The notes: a model not told the origin generated them from the letters alone. DNA of 64,000 nt from Octopus vulgaris (GCA_951406725.2 OX597817.1:130076001-130140000), one strand, 5' to 3'. Counted from the stretch's first letter, positions 12,521 to 27,517 are shown. Numbers and translations: made by a program.

Positions 12521-13674
12521 GGTAGCTCATGCTACATAATATTATGTAAGTCTCCACAGAAGCATCGACATTGTAGGTGATTTATGACACTTGGACCTCC
12601 TTAGAAGGTTTGTATATTTAGAGGAAATTTACAAAGAGCATCAGTAATGAAATTTAGCTTAACTGAAATGAATGAGAATGCATCAAAGCTCAGTGTGTCA
12701 ACGTTTATGTTCTTCGGGTAATAGAAAATATCGAAACGGATCAAAATTGAAATAGGGCAAAAATTACTCCCTCCCCTACGTCAGTACTTTTAGTGTTAAA
12801 ACAGTGGGAATGTTTGAAGGAAAGGTGGCACTTATTTTCAGCAGGCTCGGCAAATACATAGAGATCCATACATTGGTTGGCGAGTTGTCAGCGCCGAAGT
12901 CAACAACGTCAACGAAAATGCAGCGATAATGTAGCATGAAGATAATGATGATGTAATCATCATCATCGTCATCATCATCATGATGCTGTTCTGTTGCTAC
13001 TTCTTCTGCTGTTAATGAAGAAGGTGGCGATGATTATAATAATAATAATGGTGATGATAATTATGAAGGCAATAATGATGATGATGATTATGATGTATTT
13101 TTACATTGATTTAGATTCCGGACAAAAATGCGTTGTGACAAAATTCTATGCGTGTATGTCTCTGCAATTAAAACTGCCATCGCCGTCACCACCTCTACTA
13201 ACACCACCATCACCACAACCACATGGTAAAACATCATTTCTCTAAAAATCACTACCACTGAACACAACCACCATCACCACAACTGTAACACTACTGAAAA
13301 ACCACATAGACTAAAATAGCTACCGCCACCAGCACCAGCAACAGCAGCAGTGCACCAGCAGCACCAGCACCACAAGCAGCAACAGCACCACCACCAGCAC
13401 CACTATTACCTGTTTGTTCAGGGTTCTAAACAGCATCATTTCCACTGAACCTACCACAGCAACCACCTATACAATTATTACAAGCATTGTCATATTCTCT
13501 CACAGCATACCTCTTATAACTACTAATACTACTGCTGCTGCTGCTGCTGCCGCTGCTACTACTGTTGCTGCTACTTCTACAACAACAACTACTACTACTA
13601 TTATTATTACTACTGCTACTATTACTACTACTGCTGCTGCTGCGCCACTACTACTACAACAACCGCTGCTACTG

Positions 13675-13706
<32 letters not shown>

Positions 13707-14388
13707 GCCATACCAATACCGCTAACACAAACCTTCTACTACCGCCGGTAATGTTATTACCACTTCTCATAGACTACCATTAACACCATCACCATTTCCA
13801 CATCAACATCTTTATAACCAATGACAACTACTACTACTTCTACCATCATCACCACCACCACTACCACCACCACCACTGCAACCAATAACACAACACATTA
13901 ATATAACTACTACCACCAAAACCATACAAAAACATACCACTACAAACACCACATCTACGACTACCAACACCACCAATTATAGCACCACCACTACCCCCAC
14001 CACTATCGCAGTCATACCATTCACAAAGTTGTTTATATTTGTCCTGTCTACAGTTTCCGAGATCGAGTAGGCATGCGCACTTATCTGCACTGATGCACAA
14101 GGGCACTCACAATCTGCACCCAAACTTTAAAACATATGCATTCGTATATATATACACAGCGACACACACATACACGTTCATGCTCACACGCACTTCAACC
14201 TCAACGAACAAAGTGCAATGCATACATGCGAATGCTGGTCTGCTCATCAGCGCATTCACGCGTTGTTGCAAGACTATGAGGACACATGCATTAGTGAACT
14301 CGTTTCATTGCATGCACACGTACATGTACAGATGCACACAAACACATTTACACACGCACAAGCTTACTCACAGGAAAAACACACGCAT

Positions 14389-14444
<56 letters not shown>

Positions 14445-14652
14445 ATATGTATATAAATTTATATATATATATATGTATGCATGTATATATATATATGTGT
14501 GTATATATTTTGTATATTTACACACACATGTTTTGTGATATGTGCGTGATAAGTGCAAACACACGCAAATATACCGTGAGGGGGAAAGGGAGGGAGATAC
14601 AGCTACACAGAGAAAGTATTTGCAATGCATTCCTTTAACTACGTGTATATAT

Positions 14653-14700
<48 letters not shown>

Positions 14701-14929
14701 TGTGGTGTGTGTGTGTGTGTGTATGTGTGTGTGTGTATGTGTGTGTGTGTATGTGTGTGTGTGTGACTATATATGTGTATGTGTATAGCTTACTCATATT
14801 TGAACACATGCATAGAAATACTGATATATGTATAAATGTATATACATATATGTGCGTGAATATAGACATAAGTATGTACGCACATATATACGGTAACAAA
14901 TTATACCTACACATTTTTTCCTCTCCTTT

Positions 14930-15121
14930 TTTTCTCTCTTTTTTCTCTCCTTTTTTTCTCTCCTTGTTTCTCTCCTTGTTTTTTTTTTGTGTACCTTTCT
15001 GTAGAAGAGCGTAGGCTCAAAACCTAAAAGACTTTTTCTATTCCTGAGCGTTATACTAATACATCTGTTTGTTTTGTACACCACCTGTCTTCGTCTTTTG
15101 TTTTTTCGTAAACTTTCCCTA
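14930..15121 (+). mobile_element. Short PLE-tail-like repeat with degenerate minimal hammerhead; homologous to 36300-36512 (-)
   Basis: cttt-ctgtaga-a-gagc-gtag-gctc-aaaa-cc-ta-aaag followed by cctgagcgttatactaatac. Confidence 0.6.
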
Positions 15122-15624
15122 TATCTATCGATCTCTTCTCTCTCACACACGCACACACACACACTCACACACACACACTCACACACACACACACTCACAA
15201 ACACACGCACACACGCATATATACATAGTAGCACATATACACATATCCATGCATGCACACATTTAAACCCATACATACACCAGCATAGAGATTCTGATTT
15301 TAGTATAAAGAGTATGAGTGCACGCGTAGATGTAATTTGGAAGTGCGCGGAAAGGTACTGCAAGTTACCAAAAGATTGGGCTCTGTAGTTCCAAACTCCA
15401 CGCCGATATTCCACAAGGTCTGGAAGTAACCATAATTTCGTTGGTTAGGTTAGCGAAACACCGAAACTACCGAAAACCTAACCGGCTTACACAAAAGCGT
15501 TCGGTTTACGGAAATTTGCATGTTATATAAACGTTCAAATTACGTTTTCTGCGTCTCATATTTTATATACATACACGAATATATACCCACGTACAAGCAC
15601 AGCCACACACATGCGCACGCAGAC

Positions 15625-15686
<62 letters not shown>

Positions 15687-15687
15687 C

Positions 15688-15870
15688 GAGGCACGTGGCT
15701 TAGTGGTTAGGGTGTCAGCATCATAATCGTAAGATTGTGATTTCGTTTCCTGGACTCAGCTGACAAAAATGAGTAACGGTGGATTGGCGTACCGTTCAGC
15801 TGGGGAACACACTCGCCATTGAAACCGGGAAACCATCCCATGAGCCTAGCTAGGCTTTAAAAGGGCGCAT
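15688..15870 (+). mobile_element. tRNA-derived SINE (MetaSINE-like), internally deleted
   Basis: A-box tggcttagtggttagg; ggattggcgtaccgttcag; gaaaccgggaaacc; related to 69-331. Confidence 0.65.
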
Positions 15871-15895
15871 ATATTATGTTTGGATTAACTATATA

Positions 15896-15934
<39 letters not shown>

Positions 15935-15940
<6 letters not shown>

Positions 15941-16683
15941 TAATAAATAAAATATATGCATACATACAAACATATATGTACGTACCGACATCTACATGTA
16001 TATATACATGCTTACCCTCTCGTCCATGCCAGAACAAAGGCTTTCGTACGTCTTTTTCGTTGTTCTCTTGTTTATTTTTGATTTCTCGTATTGTAATTTA
16101 ATTCTCGTTATGTATTTTCGTGTACATGTATCTTTAATTTTGTATTATTTTTTTCTTGTATGTATTTTTTGTGCAGTTCTTTGTTACGTCCCTTTTTGTG
16201 TTACATTTTTCCTGCTCGTTTACCCCTCTACGAGTTTATTTTATTTTAATTCTCTCGTAGGAAGGCCCAGCTTGACCTTACGTGTTCTGTCTTGTCTTCG
16301 AAACACGTGTCTGCTAGCGACAGCTGATGAAGGGGATTTTTCCTTGTGTAGCATGTCCTGTACTTCGTTTTTCTGCTACACATAATTGTTTTTCCCGTTT
16401 TCGTTTTCGTTTCGTCTTGTTCCACGTCTCTGTCCTGTTGTAACTAAATGTCTTCTCCGTTTTCGTTCTGTTGATTTTTCGTCTTCTTGTGATGTCCTGT
16501 ACGTATATATATATTTATATATGCATGTATATATACATGTTGATGTCGGTACGTACATATATGTTTGTATGTATGCATATATTTTATTTATTACACTATT
16601 GTCTGACAGCGCTTCGCGTCGGGTTCGTTTGAATTTTCGATTTTTGGAATTCTCACTTCGTTCCGTCCCCTCCTCTTTGTCCG

Positions 16684-16684
<1 letters not shown>
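15935..16684 (+). mobile_element. Penelope-like terminal fragment with inverted pseudo-LTR, inserted in (TA)n
   Basis: 77-bp inverted repeat 15935-16011 / 16523-16599 (1 mismatch) plus an 85-bp 3' tail; cgaaacacgtgtc and ctgatga motifs at 16299-16330; (TA)n on both sides. Confidence 0.7.
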
Positions 16685-16729
<45 letters not shown>

Positions 16730-16731
<2 letters not shown>

Positions 16732-16934
16732 TTTACTCTTTTACTTGTTTCAGTCATTTGACTGCGGCCATGCTGGAGCACCGCCTTTAGTCGAGCAAAT
16801 CGATCCCAGGACTTATTCTTTGTAAGCCTAGTACTTATTCTATCGGTCTCTCTTTTGCCAAACCGCTAAGTTACGGAGGACATAAACACACCAGCATCGG
16901 TTGTCAAGCAATGCTAGTGGGACAAACACAGACG

Positions 16935-16976
<42 letters not shown>

Positions 16977-17122
16977 TACGACGGGCTTCTTTCAGTTTCC
17001 GTCTACTAAATCCACTCACAAGGCTATAGTAGAAGACACTTGCCCAAGATGCCACGCAGTGGGACTGAACCCGGAACCATGTGGTCGGTAAGCAAGCTAC
17101 TTACCACACAGCCACTCCTACG

Positions 17123-17125
<3 letters not shown>
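16730..17125 (-). mobile_element. SINE family A, full length
   Basis: Matches the family A consensus seen in other copies. Confidence 0.92.
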
Positions 17126-17205
<80 letters not shown>

Positions 17206-17208
<3 letters not shown>

Positions 17209-17412
17209 TAATCCAAACAAGAAAGCACAAAAAACACAACAACGCGAGGACGTGGAACAAATATAGTGTTATTGGACGCTCAGGAAACAAGGAAAGAAGG
17301 AGGGTTTAACGTTTCCAGCGGAGCTCTTCGTCGGAAACATAGGAGAAGGAAAGATCCAGAGAAGGGAAGACAGAGGAAAAAAAATCGCCAACGGTACACA
17401 CGAGGTCACACA
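17206..17412 (-). mobile_element. Short HHR-bearing PLE-tail repeat, homologous to 60011-60188
   Basis: Minus strand 17304-17338 reads gttt-CCGACGA-a-gagc-tcc-gctg-GAAA-cg-TT-aaac (mutated core); ends at (TA)n. Confidence 0.75.
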
Positions 17413-17635
17413 CACATTTATGTATAGATGTGTATGCATGTTCCATGCACGAAAGCAAGGTGTTGTAACTTCTGGCGTTATAAAATGATATATATACGCA
17501 TGTTTTCAGTTCTATATATCCTGTTTATGTTACCCAACCTAATAAGCATATAAACGTGTTTGTGTATATGTGTACATGGTTTGTGTGTAGATATCTATAT
17601 TCACATGTGCATTCATACATAAATGCATACAAACA

Positions 17636-17896
17636 CACACAGATCGAGTTGTTTCTATGCGTGTATGTATGTATGCATATATGTATGTATGCATATATAT
17701 ATATATATATATATATTGGTACATTTATGTATATATACACGTATTTATACACACATATATATATTATGCATACACAGATCGAGTTGTTTCTATGCGTGTA
17801 TGTATGTATGCATATATGTATGTGTGCATATATATATATATATATATTGGTACATTTATGTGTATATACACGTATATATACACACATATATATATT

Positions 17897-17905
<9 letters not shown>
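17636..17905. repeat. Tandem duplication, ~136-bp unit
   Basis: acacagatcgagttgtttctatgcgtg..ttggtacatttatgt occurs twice. Confidence 0.9.
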
Positions 17906-17936
<31 letters not shown>

Positions 17937-17937
17937 G

Positions 17938-17992
<55 letters not shown>

Positions 17993-18204
17993 ATACTTGT
18001 ATATAAATATATATGCGCAAAGATACATGGATTCAGTCGCATACAGAATTGCATATATTTGCTTGCAATGCATATGTGTGCAGGAGCACTCAAGCACAAA
18101 ACAGGGTGCAACTTCGGTTCTGGAATGGATCACCGCCCAGACAGAATGATGAGTCATAGAAAGGGGCGTGTCTTCGATGTATTTCTTTAGAATGTTTCAG
18201 CCAT

Positions 18205-18246
<42 letters not shown>

Positions 18247-18625
18247 TGTATGTATATGTGTGTGTATATATATTTGCGTATACCTTCAATTTACACAACA
18301 GTGTTCGCCTGCAACCACCAGTTCAAATGTCTCTAGAATTTGAGGGTATTACTTCTATTTCCATAATATATTTCTATAATATATTTTGCACATTGTTTAT
18401 TTTTGTGTATTTACACACGCGTACACACACACACACACACACACATACACCACGCACGCACACCACGCACGCATATACACAAATACATATGGAATTATAT
18501 CTATAAATAATGCATCCATATATATAAATATATATTAATTCAGTAATATACAAATTATACAACATATATACAATTTTATATATATTAACGCAATAATGGT
18601 ATACCCATTAGAAATCAAAGAATGA

Positions 18626-18984
<359 letters not shown>

Positions 18985-20428
18985 TTCATGCACAGGTACA
19001 TCGCCATTACACTCTACCACCAAGAACAACTACTTAAATATGGATAAAACATAGAAAATGAACCAGTCAGAGTTTAATGCAAATAGCCTGTAGGTAAATA
19101 AAGCAAGCTGTTGTTGTTGTGTTGTTGTTGTTGTATGAGTTGTGTGTGTACGTAATATGTGTGCAGTGTGCGTGTGCACGTTTTGGAGAGAAAGGTGCAT
19201 GAGAAATAAGGTTGGAGTGGCACTGCGAGGTGATGCGCTGCTATAGGGTTGGGGTCGGGTGGATCGTGCGAGCGAACAGGTGATCCCTGATGATCATGCA
19301 TAAAGAGCAAAAAAAAAACCTCCAAAATTGAATGGTGTGGGTATGGGTGTGAGTGTGGATGTGATTGGATTTTGTGGATTAAAATGACAAATGCGTTGTG
19401 GGGTGTGGGATGGGGTGGGGTGTGTGGAGAAGGGTATTTTTTTTTAAATAGGAGCATTAGCAGGGACATCATCTAATTTACAACGTACAATAATACGCTG
19501 ATGGAGGCTGTAAACACACACATACACAATCAAAATCCTACACCCACCTGCCCACGCATATATATATACTCAGTGCGTACATACAAACATCTGTGTGTGT
19601 GTGTGTTTGTGTGAATGTATATGTACACTTGCTCATAGACACACGCAGACGCACACACACATGCATATATTCAAATGTATATATATATACAAATACAGAT
19701 ACATACATACATACATACACACACCCACACACACACACATATATATATATACAGATACATACAGATATATATAATATATATATATATACATACATACATA
19801 AATATACATACATACATAAATATACATGTGGTATGTATGTATCTATACACGTGAATGTATATTATTGTGTATATATGCATGTGTATGTATGTGTGTATGT
19901 GTGTGTGTTTGTGTGTGTGTGTGTGGTATATACATGAGTGAGTGAGACTTACATGCAACGTTTTTGCGATGTCCAAAACCCACTACCATACTAATTTATC
20001 TCAGAACATCAGTTCTGTTAATCCCATCTACCCCACCATCAATGTCACTGATGCACAATCCGTCACCATCTTTAACTCCCTTCTTCACTAATCTAAGCAG
20101 AAGTTTCTTCTGTATACAATTCGAACACAACATCTCGCTTCCTTCCCAATTAATTGTGATCAATGGCATATGTTGAAGCTTGTTATGGAAACCAATTTTT
20201 ATAAAACAGCTTAGCAGCTTAAATAAATTTCTGTTCACAGTTCAATACAGCTAACAAATTTCCCACCAATCACATCGACTCTACTCACCAACTGTCAAAG
20301 ACGATCTCTATCTCAAACTTGCTAAATTAAAAATTTCTACCTTCAACATCCTCCAGAAGCAACCAGCAGCGTACCCTAACCATTCTAAATCCCAACACCT
20401 CACAAAGAAACTCAATAATGAAAAGCTA

Positions 20429-20538
20429 GGGTTCAGTCCCACTGTGTGGCACCTTGGACAAGTGTTTTCTACTATAGCCTCAGGCCGACCAAAGCCTTAT
20501 GAGTGGATTTGGTAGACGGAAGCTGAAAGAAGCCCATC

Positions 20539-20591
<53 letters not shown>

Positions 20592-20813
20592 TATGTTTGT
20601 GTGCCTGTGTTTTGCTCCCCAACATCGCTTGATAACCGATGCTAGTGTGTTTACGTCCCCGTCACTTAGCAGTTCGGCAAGAGAGACCGATAGAATAAGT
20701 TCTAGGCTCACCAATAATTAGTCCTGGGGTCGATTTGCTCGACTAAAGATGGTGCTCCAGCATGGCCGCAGTCAAATGATTGAAACAAATAAAAGAATAA
20801 AAGAATAAAAGAA
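20429..20813 (+). mobile_element. SINE family A, 5'-truncated
   Basis: gggttcagtcccactg..gaagcccatcg(ta)n..ggtgctccagcatggccgcagtc..aaaagaat tail. Confidence 0.92.
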
Positions 20814-21526
20814 TTACCTTCCAGCAAACGTAAAAAAAAGTCTTTGTCCTCACCCAAGACACTTACAATGATCCAGTACTTGGACACCTCAATGACAATC
20901 AGTTTTTCATTGACCTCAGCTTGCTAAAAATATATATATTAGCAACAGAAGTAGTATTAGTACCGAGAAGTAATATTTATCCCCACTAAAACGTGGATGT
21001 TCTGCTAAGAACAAACTTTACTGCAGTAGTTGCCATGAGAAAACTCTTTCATTGGTTTTGGGTGTAAGATGCACTCTAGTTTATATCGCTAGCAGGAAGA
21101 TAAATCCTCGCTATCTCCAGCGCCGAGATCACTGGTTCACCTGATTTCGACCTTGTTTGGTCTTGTCAATGATGGACACACGACCGTTAAAGACAGCAGC
21201 GATTCATCTCCCCGCTAGCGATTTATCGACTGACAGTGTCAGAACAGGCACTAGTGTTGCGATAGACTAATTAGCTTGTTAAAAATATATATATTAGCGA
21301 AAGAAGCAGTATTACTACCGAGAGTTAATATTTATCCCCACTTCAACATGGATATTTTGTTGGAACAAACTATATTGTGGTAGATTGAGGTTAAATAAAT
21401 TTCTCTTCACAGTTCAATACCGATAACAAATTTCCTACCATCAACAACACACTCTACATACCTACTGCCAAAGACGAACTCTACCCCAGCCGTCACATCA
21501 ATCCAGGAAACCTCATTTGAGACCGC

Positions 21527-22187
21527 CACAGGTTCTCAAAGTGGGCGCTACCGCCCCACGGAGGGCGTTGAGAGGGTCCAGGTGGGCGCTGGTGTCTAAG
21601 GGGGTGGTAGAGAAAAAGGGGACATTGGGAGAAAAGCAGTGGTTTGGGGGACGCTTATAAATTTATATTATTATAGTATTGTATACAAATTATATATTAT
21701 ATTAAATATCAAATGATTCATCATCATCATCATCATCATCATCATTTAGCGTCCGCTTTCCATGCTGGCATGGGTTGGATGATTTGACTGAGGACTGGCG
21801 AACCAGATGACTGCACCAGGCTCCAATCTGATCTGGCAGAGTTTCTACAGCTGAATGCCCTTCCTAACGCCAACCACTCTGAAACTGTAGTAGGTGCTTT
21901 TACGTGCCCCGCACGAGGGCCAGTCTGGCGTTACTGGCAACGGCCACGCTCAAATGGTATTTTTACGTGCCACCTGCACAGGAACCAGTCCAGCAGCACT
22001 GGCAATGACCTCGCCCGAATATTTTTTCACGTGCCAGTAAGGCGAGGCTGGTAACGACCACGCTTTATAGTATATATAAATTAGTAAAATATAAGATTTG
22101 TATTTATACATAAAAATAGGGGTGGGGTGCTGAGGGTATTATGTTGTCATGGGTAGGGCGTTGGCCCCAAAAATTTGAGAACCTCTG
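21527..22187. mobile_element. hAT (Charlie-like) non-autonomous element with a nested SINE
   Basis: Terminal inverted repeats cacaggttctcaaa (21527) / tttgagaacctctg (22174-22187); 8-bp TSD not convincingly preserved. Confidence 0.75.
21719..22065 (-). mobile_element. 5'-truncated SINE with RTE-type 3' end, (ATG)n tail and internal ~60-bp tandem repeats
   Basis: Minus strand gttggcgttaggaagggcattcagctgtagaaac..ccaacccatgccagcatggaaagcggacgctaa(atg)n; three tttt(c)acgtgcc..ctgg.aa units. Confidence 0.8.
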
Positions 22188-22199
22188 AGCTAGGCCAAC

Positions 22200-22508
22200 A
22201 ACTTGTAATCCCCGAAGACACCTAACCGACTTCATCATTAGAAACAAAAAGAAATATCAAACCTTACTACTACCTACCAACGCATCAAGACACGCAAACC
22301 TGAAGCCATACTTAAGACTAGACCTATTGTCTCTGACTTAGAAAGAATTTTATAAATAATGTTCAAGCTTATTTCTCAAATCCTTAAATCGATACTGTAA
22401 GCCTTTCCTGGACTCATCAACTATTTCGATGAGCTCATTGATTCTATCAACTGGATCCCAATACACAACAGATGTGCCTTTAGTCTTCACCCCCCCACAC
22501 ACACACTT

Positions 22509-22543
<35 letters not shown>

Positions 22544-22715
22544 TTCTTTGCACCTAGTACATACGCTTCTAGCCGTCAAAATGACAGACTAACTGTATCA
22601 TCTCTTCCAGCATCTATTACTTCGACCTTATCATTTCGAACACCTACCAACTCCTGTCCATCATTAGCTTGTTTACTTGCACTTCTAAACAGACTTCAGG
22701 TCTGTCCATAAGATC
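22200..22715 (+). pseudogene. Penelope-like reverse transcriptase remnant (upstream parts probably at 19990-20426 and 20815-21520)
   Basis: YYYLPTH-KTRKPEAILKTRPIVSD..LISQILKSIL resembles the PLE Y.LPK.HK..RPIVS motif; later KQTSGLSI resembles Y.Q..G.AMG. Confidence 0.6.
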
Positions 22716-23098
22716 CAGAATGTTGTGCGTGATGGCTATTACTTATATAAATCATTACAGTCCTTCGCTGATCTATCGAGCTCATCCCTATGCACCCTAT
22801 GTATGGAGAGCATTTTGTTCGTTTTGTTGTTTCTATTGTACTAAAAGCATTCTACTCTCTTAGAATACTTTGTTGAATAGATATGTAGAATACTGGAAGT
22901 TTTCTTTGCTTTACACATGTATTTTACGTATGTGTGCGAAGTCTACACATTTTCAAGTACACGTTGAAATAATCTCCATGCAGAAATTAAGATCTAGAAA
23001 ATACTTAAAGCAAAAAATAAAAATATATTTTAAAAAGTTGTGGTTTAGCATAGAGTAAGTTAAATACATGATTATAAGATCAAAGGTTCTTTTTGTAG

Positions 23099-23182
23099 GT
23101 GTATATTGAGCAACCAGAAAACCATTCACCTGAATATGAAAGCCCCAACTTTGTCAGCGTGTATGGTCCTGGCTTTGACTGG
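23099..23182 (+). CDS. Candidate internal coding exon (84 bp, phase 0-0): VYIEQPENHSPEYESPNFVSVYGPGFDW
   Basis: Strong acceptor ttctttttgtAG, donor TGG|GTAACA, complex peptide in non-repetitive DNA; protein not recognised. Confidence 0.55.
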
Positions 23183-23733
23183 GTAACAACAACAATAGCG
23201 GCATCAGTAGGAACAGAATGGGGAAGAGAGGCAGCAAATGCAACAGAAGCGATAGCAACAGCAGCCACATCAACGACAACGACGATAACGTAGAAGAAAT
23301 TAATTTACTTTCTTTAATGCAATTGTGTTCAATGGAGACAAGCTCAGTGTCAAACTGACCTATAACCCAGTTCTGAAGGTCAACTCAGTCCAAATTCCAA
23401 CGAAGAACCATGACGCAAATCTATTCTTTAGTTCATGTCCTATTGTGTTGAATAACTCCTCTATTTGTGATAAGTTGACATTATACAAATAAATGCGTAA
23501 TACATACATAATACGCATGCATGTGTGTGTGTATCTATATATATATATATATACATACATACATATATATATTTATACATATGTATATGTATATATATAT
23601 ATGTATATATATATATGTATACATATATATAGATACATACATAGATATATATATATAAATATATATACGAATATATGCACATATATATACCCATGTATAT
23701 ATATATATATATATATACATACATACACACATA

Positions 23734-23776
<43 letters not shown>

Positions 23777-23809
23777 ACATACCCATATATACATATATAT
23801 ACTTATATG

Positions 23810-23863
<54 letters not shown>

Positions 23864-24121
23864 GTGAAAGGGGAGAAAGAGAAGCAAAGAAAAGAAAGGA
23901 GAGGATTTCTATGAATTGCAATGAAAAAACTCGCTCTCTTTTGTCTTGTCTTTGCATGCGTGGGTGTGTGCATGTGTGGATATATATTTATATATGTATG
24001 CGTGTATAAGTATATGTATATATATAGTCGTGAGTGTACATATATACATTTATAAATATACATGCATATATATATACATACTTATGTATATATATATATA
24101 TATATATACGCACACACACAC

Positions 24122-24592
<471 letters not shown>

Positions 24593-25103
24593 CCATATAT
24601 GGACCTCTTCAATAAAACAAATACATATTTGTTGTACCCAGTGTTTGCCTTTTTTTTATTCCAAAAATAATCAAAACCTAAACACTTATTCATCTCTCAA
24701 ACTACATAACTAAGTTCTTCGGCTGGAAAGCTTCATTAGGTTCATATGCAAAGGATAATCTAGAGGCGTTTGCAAAAAGAATTTACGTAAAAATTGCTGG
24801 TATAATTCTCCTCGTCGCCCTATTAGTAGAAGCATTCTTTGATGTACTCGGAAAAAAATTCCCTTAGTATAGATACTATATAATTATTAATAAATATATA
24901 CGGCTAAACTATTGACTAACTCAGTTAGAAATATTACTTTTTCTAACGAGATTATGTTTAATCTATGTAGATGCTTTATAAATTCAATTGTACAAATCTT
25001 AACAATGAGCCCCTAAACTTCAATTGCCTGAGTGCTTAAATCATGTGTGTGTGTACACATGTACATGTATGTATATATGTATCTCTCTCTCTCTGTGTGT
25101 ATA

Positions 25104-25203
25104 NNNNNNNNNNNNNNNNNNNNNNNNNNNNNNNNNNNNNNNNNNNNNNNNNNNNNNNNNNNNNNNNNNNNNNNNNNNNNNNNNNNNNNNNNNNNNNNNN
25201 NNN
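25104..25203. other. Assembly gap (100 N)
   Basis: Run of N. Confidence 1.
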
Positions 25204-25557
25204 TCTCTCTCATGTGACTCTCCCTCCCCCCTCTCTCTCTCTTTCTCTTTCCCTCTTTCACTCACCCTACCTCTCTCTCTCACCCCTTGTCTCTGCCCAA
25301 TATGTACGTAACTATATAATGATGTCACTGTATTTACATGCATATGCGTGCGTAAATCGTATGTGTGCATTTATATATATGTATATATTATGTGTACGCA
25401 AATATGTATGTGTATGTCTATATATGTGAGTGTGAATACGCTTACAAACATGTATATATGTTTATGTGTGTATTTATATACGCATGTCTATATGCATGCA
25501 TACGCATGTATACAAATGTATACACAATATACATATTTATGCATATATACATATGCA

Positions 25558-25596
<39 letters not shown>

Positions 25597-25739
25597 TCAT
25601 GTTTATATATATATATATGTATGTATACATGTGTGTTTGTGTGTTCTTATATACTTATGCCTGTACATATGTGTTTGTGTATATGGGTCTATCTTCGTGT
25701 GTGTGTGTGCGTGTGTGTATGTGTATTTCTCTGTCTCTG

Positions 25740-25778
<39 letters not shown>

Positions 25779-25817
25779 GTATGTATGTATGTATATATAT
25801 ATATATATATATGTATG

Positions 25818-25876
<59 letters not shown>

Positions 25877-25881
<5 letters not shown>

Positions 25882-27461
25882 CTGACGAAGAATTTGAGCA
25901 AATAAGATTTATATTTCAACATAGTTCCACTTGCAGTTCACACACTTCTTCCATCAGTACTGCAATACTTGTATCTCATTGGTGAAGAAGCTTTTATCCT
26001 GTTTGTTAAAAATGTCATTAACAGCAGATATGACGTCATCGTCGCTGCGATGCTGGGTTTTTTATGCTGGGGAACAGGTGATAGTTATATGGTGCTAAAT
26101 CAGGGAGAATATGGATGGTGATCAACCAGATCAAAACCAGTCATGCCAGCAGCTAGTGAAAGCAAGAGCTTATGTACTGTACCATTGTCCTGATGAAACA
26201 AGACCCCTGTCGTGAGGTTTCCTGGGCATTTGGTATGGATAGCTTTTCGTAGCTGCCTCAGCAAGTTGGCATAGTACTCGTCATTGGCTCTTCTGAAAAT
26301 AATCAAACTTCTCTGCAGATGAAACGACCTTGGCCTTCTTTGGAGCAGGGGTGAAAGTAGGCTTCCACCGCATGTATTACCTCTTTGTTTCTAACTCAAA
26401 ATGATGAAGCCGACACTCATCCTGACTAAGGAAACATTCAAGGAAACCAGCATGACCTATCTCAAATATTGTCAGATTTTCCAATGACATGAGTGATTTT
26501 TGGATCAGGTGTCAAAGACGTGGCACACAAAGTGCAGAACCCTTCATCTTGCCAAGTTCATTGTGCAGAATATTTTCAGTCTTTCACGGGATACTCTAAT
26601 AACATTCGTTATTTGATTTATAGTCAATCGTTTGTCATCCATCACCATGTGGTGAACATAATCTTTTTCTCTGTGATGGCAGTTGCAGAACATCCAGAGC
26701 TTGGATCATCTTCAAGACTCTTCCATCCCTCCTAAATTCAGCTGCTCACTTTCGTACTGTTGATAAAGCTGGAGCGTCATCTTCTAAAGTAGTAACCATA
26801 TTTATTTCTTTATTGCCCACAGGGGGCTAAACATAGAAGGGACAAACAAAGACAGACAAAGGGATTAAGTCGATTGCATCAACCCCAATGTGTAACTGGT
26901 ACTTATTTAATCGACCACGACAAGATGAAAGGCAAAGTAGACCTCGGAGGAATTTGAACTCAGAACGTAACGGCAGACGAAATACCTATTTCTTTACTAC
27001 CCACAAGGGGCTAAACACAGAGAGGACAAACGGATTAAGTTGATTATATCGACCTCAGTGCGTAACTGGTACTTATTTAATCGACCCCGAAAGGATTAAA
27101 GGCAAAGTCGACCTCGGCGGAATTTGAACTCAGAACGTAGCGGCAGACGAAATACCGCTAAGCATTTCGCCCGACGTGCTAACGATTCTGCCAGCTCGCC
27201 GCCCTAAAGTAGTAACCATATTAGCATCAATATTCTTCGGGACTAAACCCTTTTTCTGCACGTGCTTGTTAACATCACGATGCCGCATTTTGTCATAACT
27301 AATTACTTTTGAAATCTTAGTGGAAAAGTAAGATGTCAATTTACCTAGGAAAAGACAATGCAATTATTAATAGATGAGGTGAAATTAATGCATGGAAGAT
27401 TTCATATCTCTAGCATCACTTCTTCCTATTTAGCCTATAAACTTTTTAGCCCATTCGCATA
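25877..27461 (-). mobile_element. Mariner (DD34D-type) transposon, pseudogenised, interrupted by a SINE
   Basis: Minus strand YYANLLRQLRKAI..GVLFHQDNGTVH..LVDHHPYSPDLAP..SDDDVISAV..WKKCV; TIR remnants taggctgac (25877) and ttagcctataaactttttagccc (~27430-27452). Confidence 0.9.
26803..27204 (-). mobile_element. Dimeric SINE family B with 18-bp TSD
   Basis: taaagtagtaaccatatt at 26785-26802 and 27205-27222; a full unit followed by a second unit lacking the A-box head. Confidence 0.95.
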
Positions 27462-27517
27462 TCAGAAAACATGTAATCAAATAAGCACAGGTATATTACT
27501 TCGTGTCACATTGTTCG

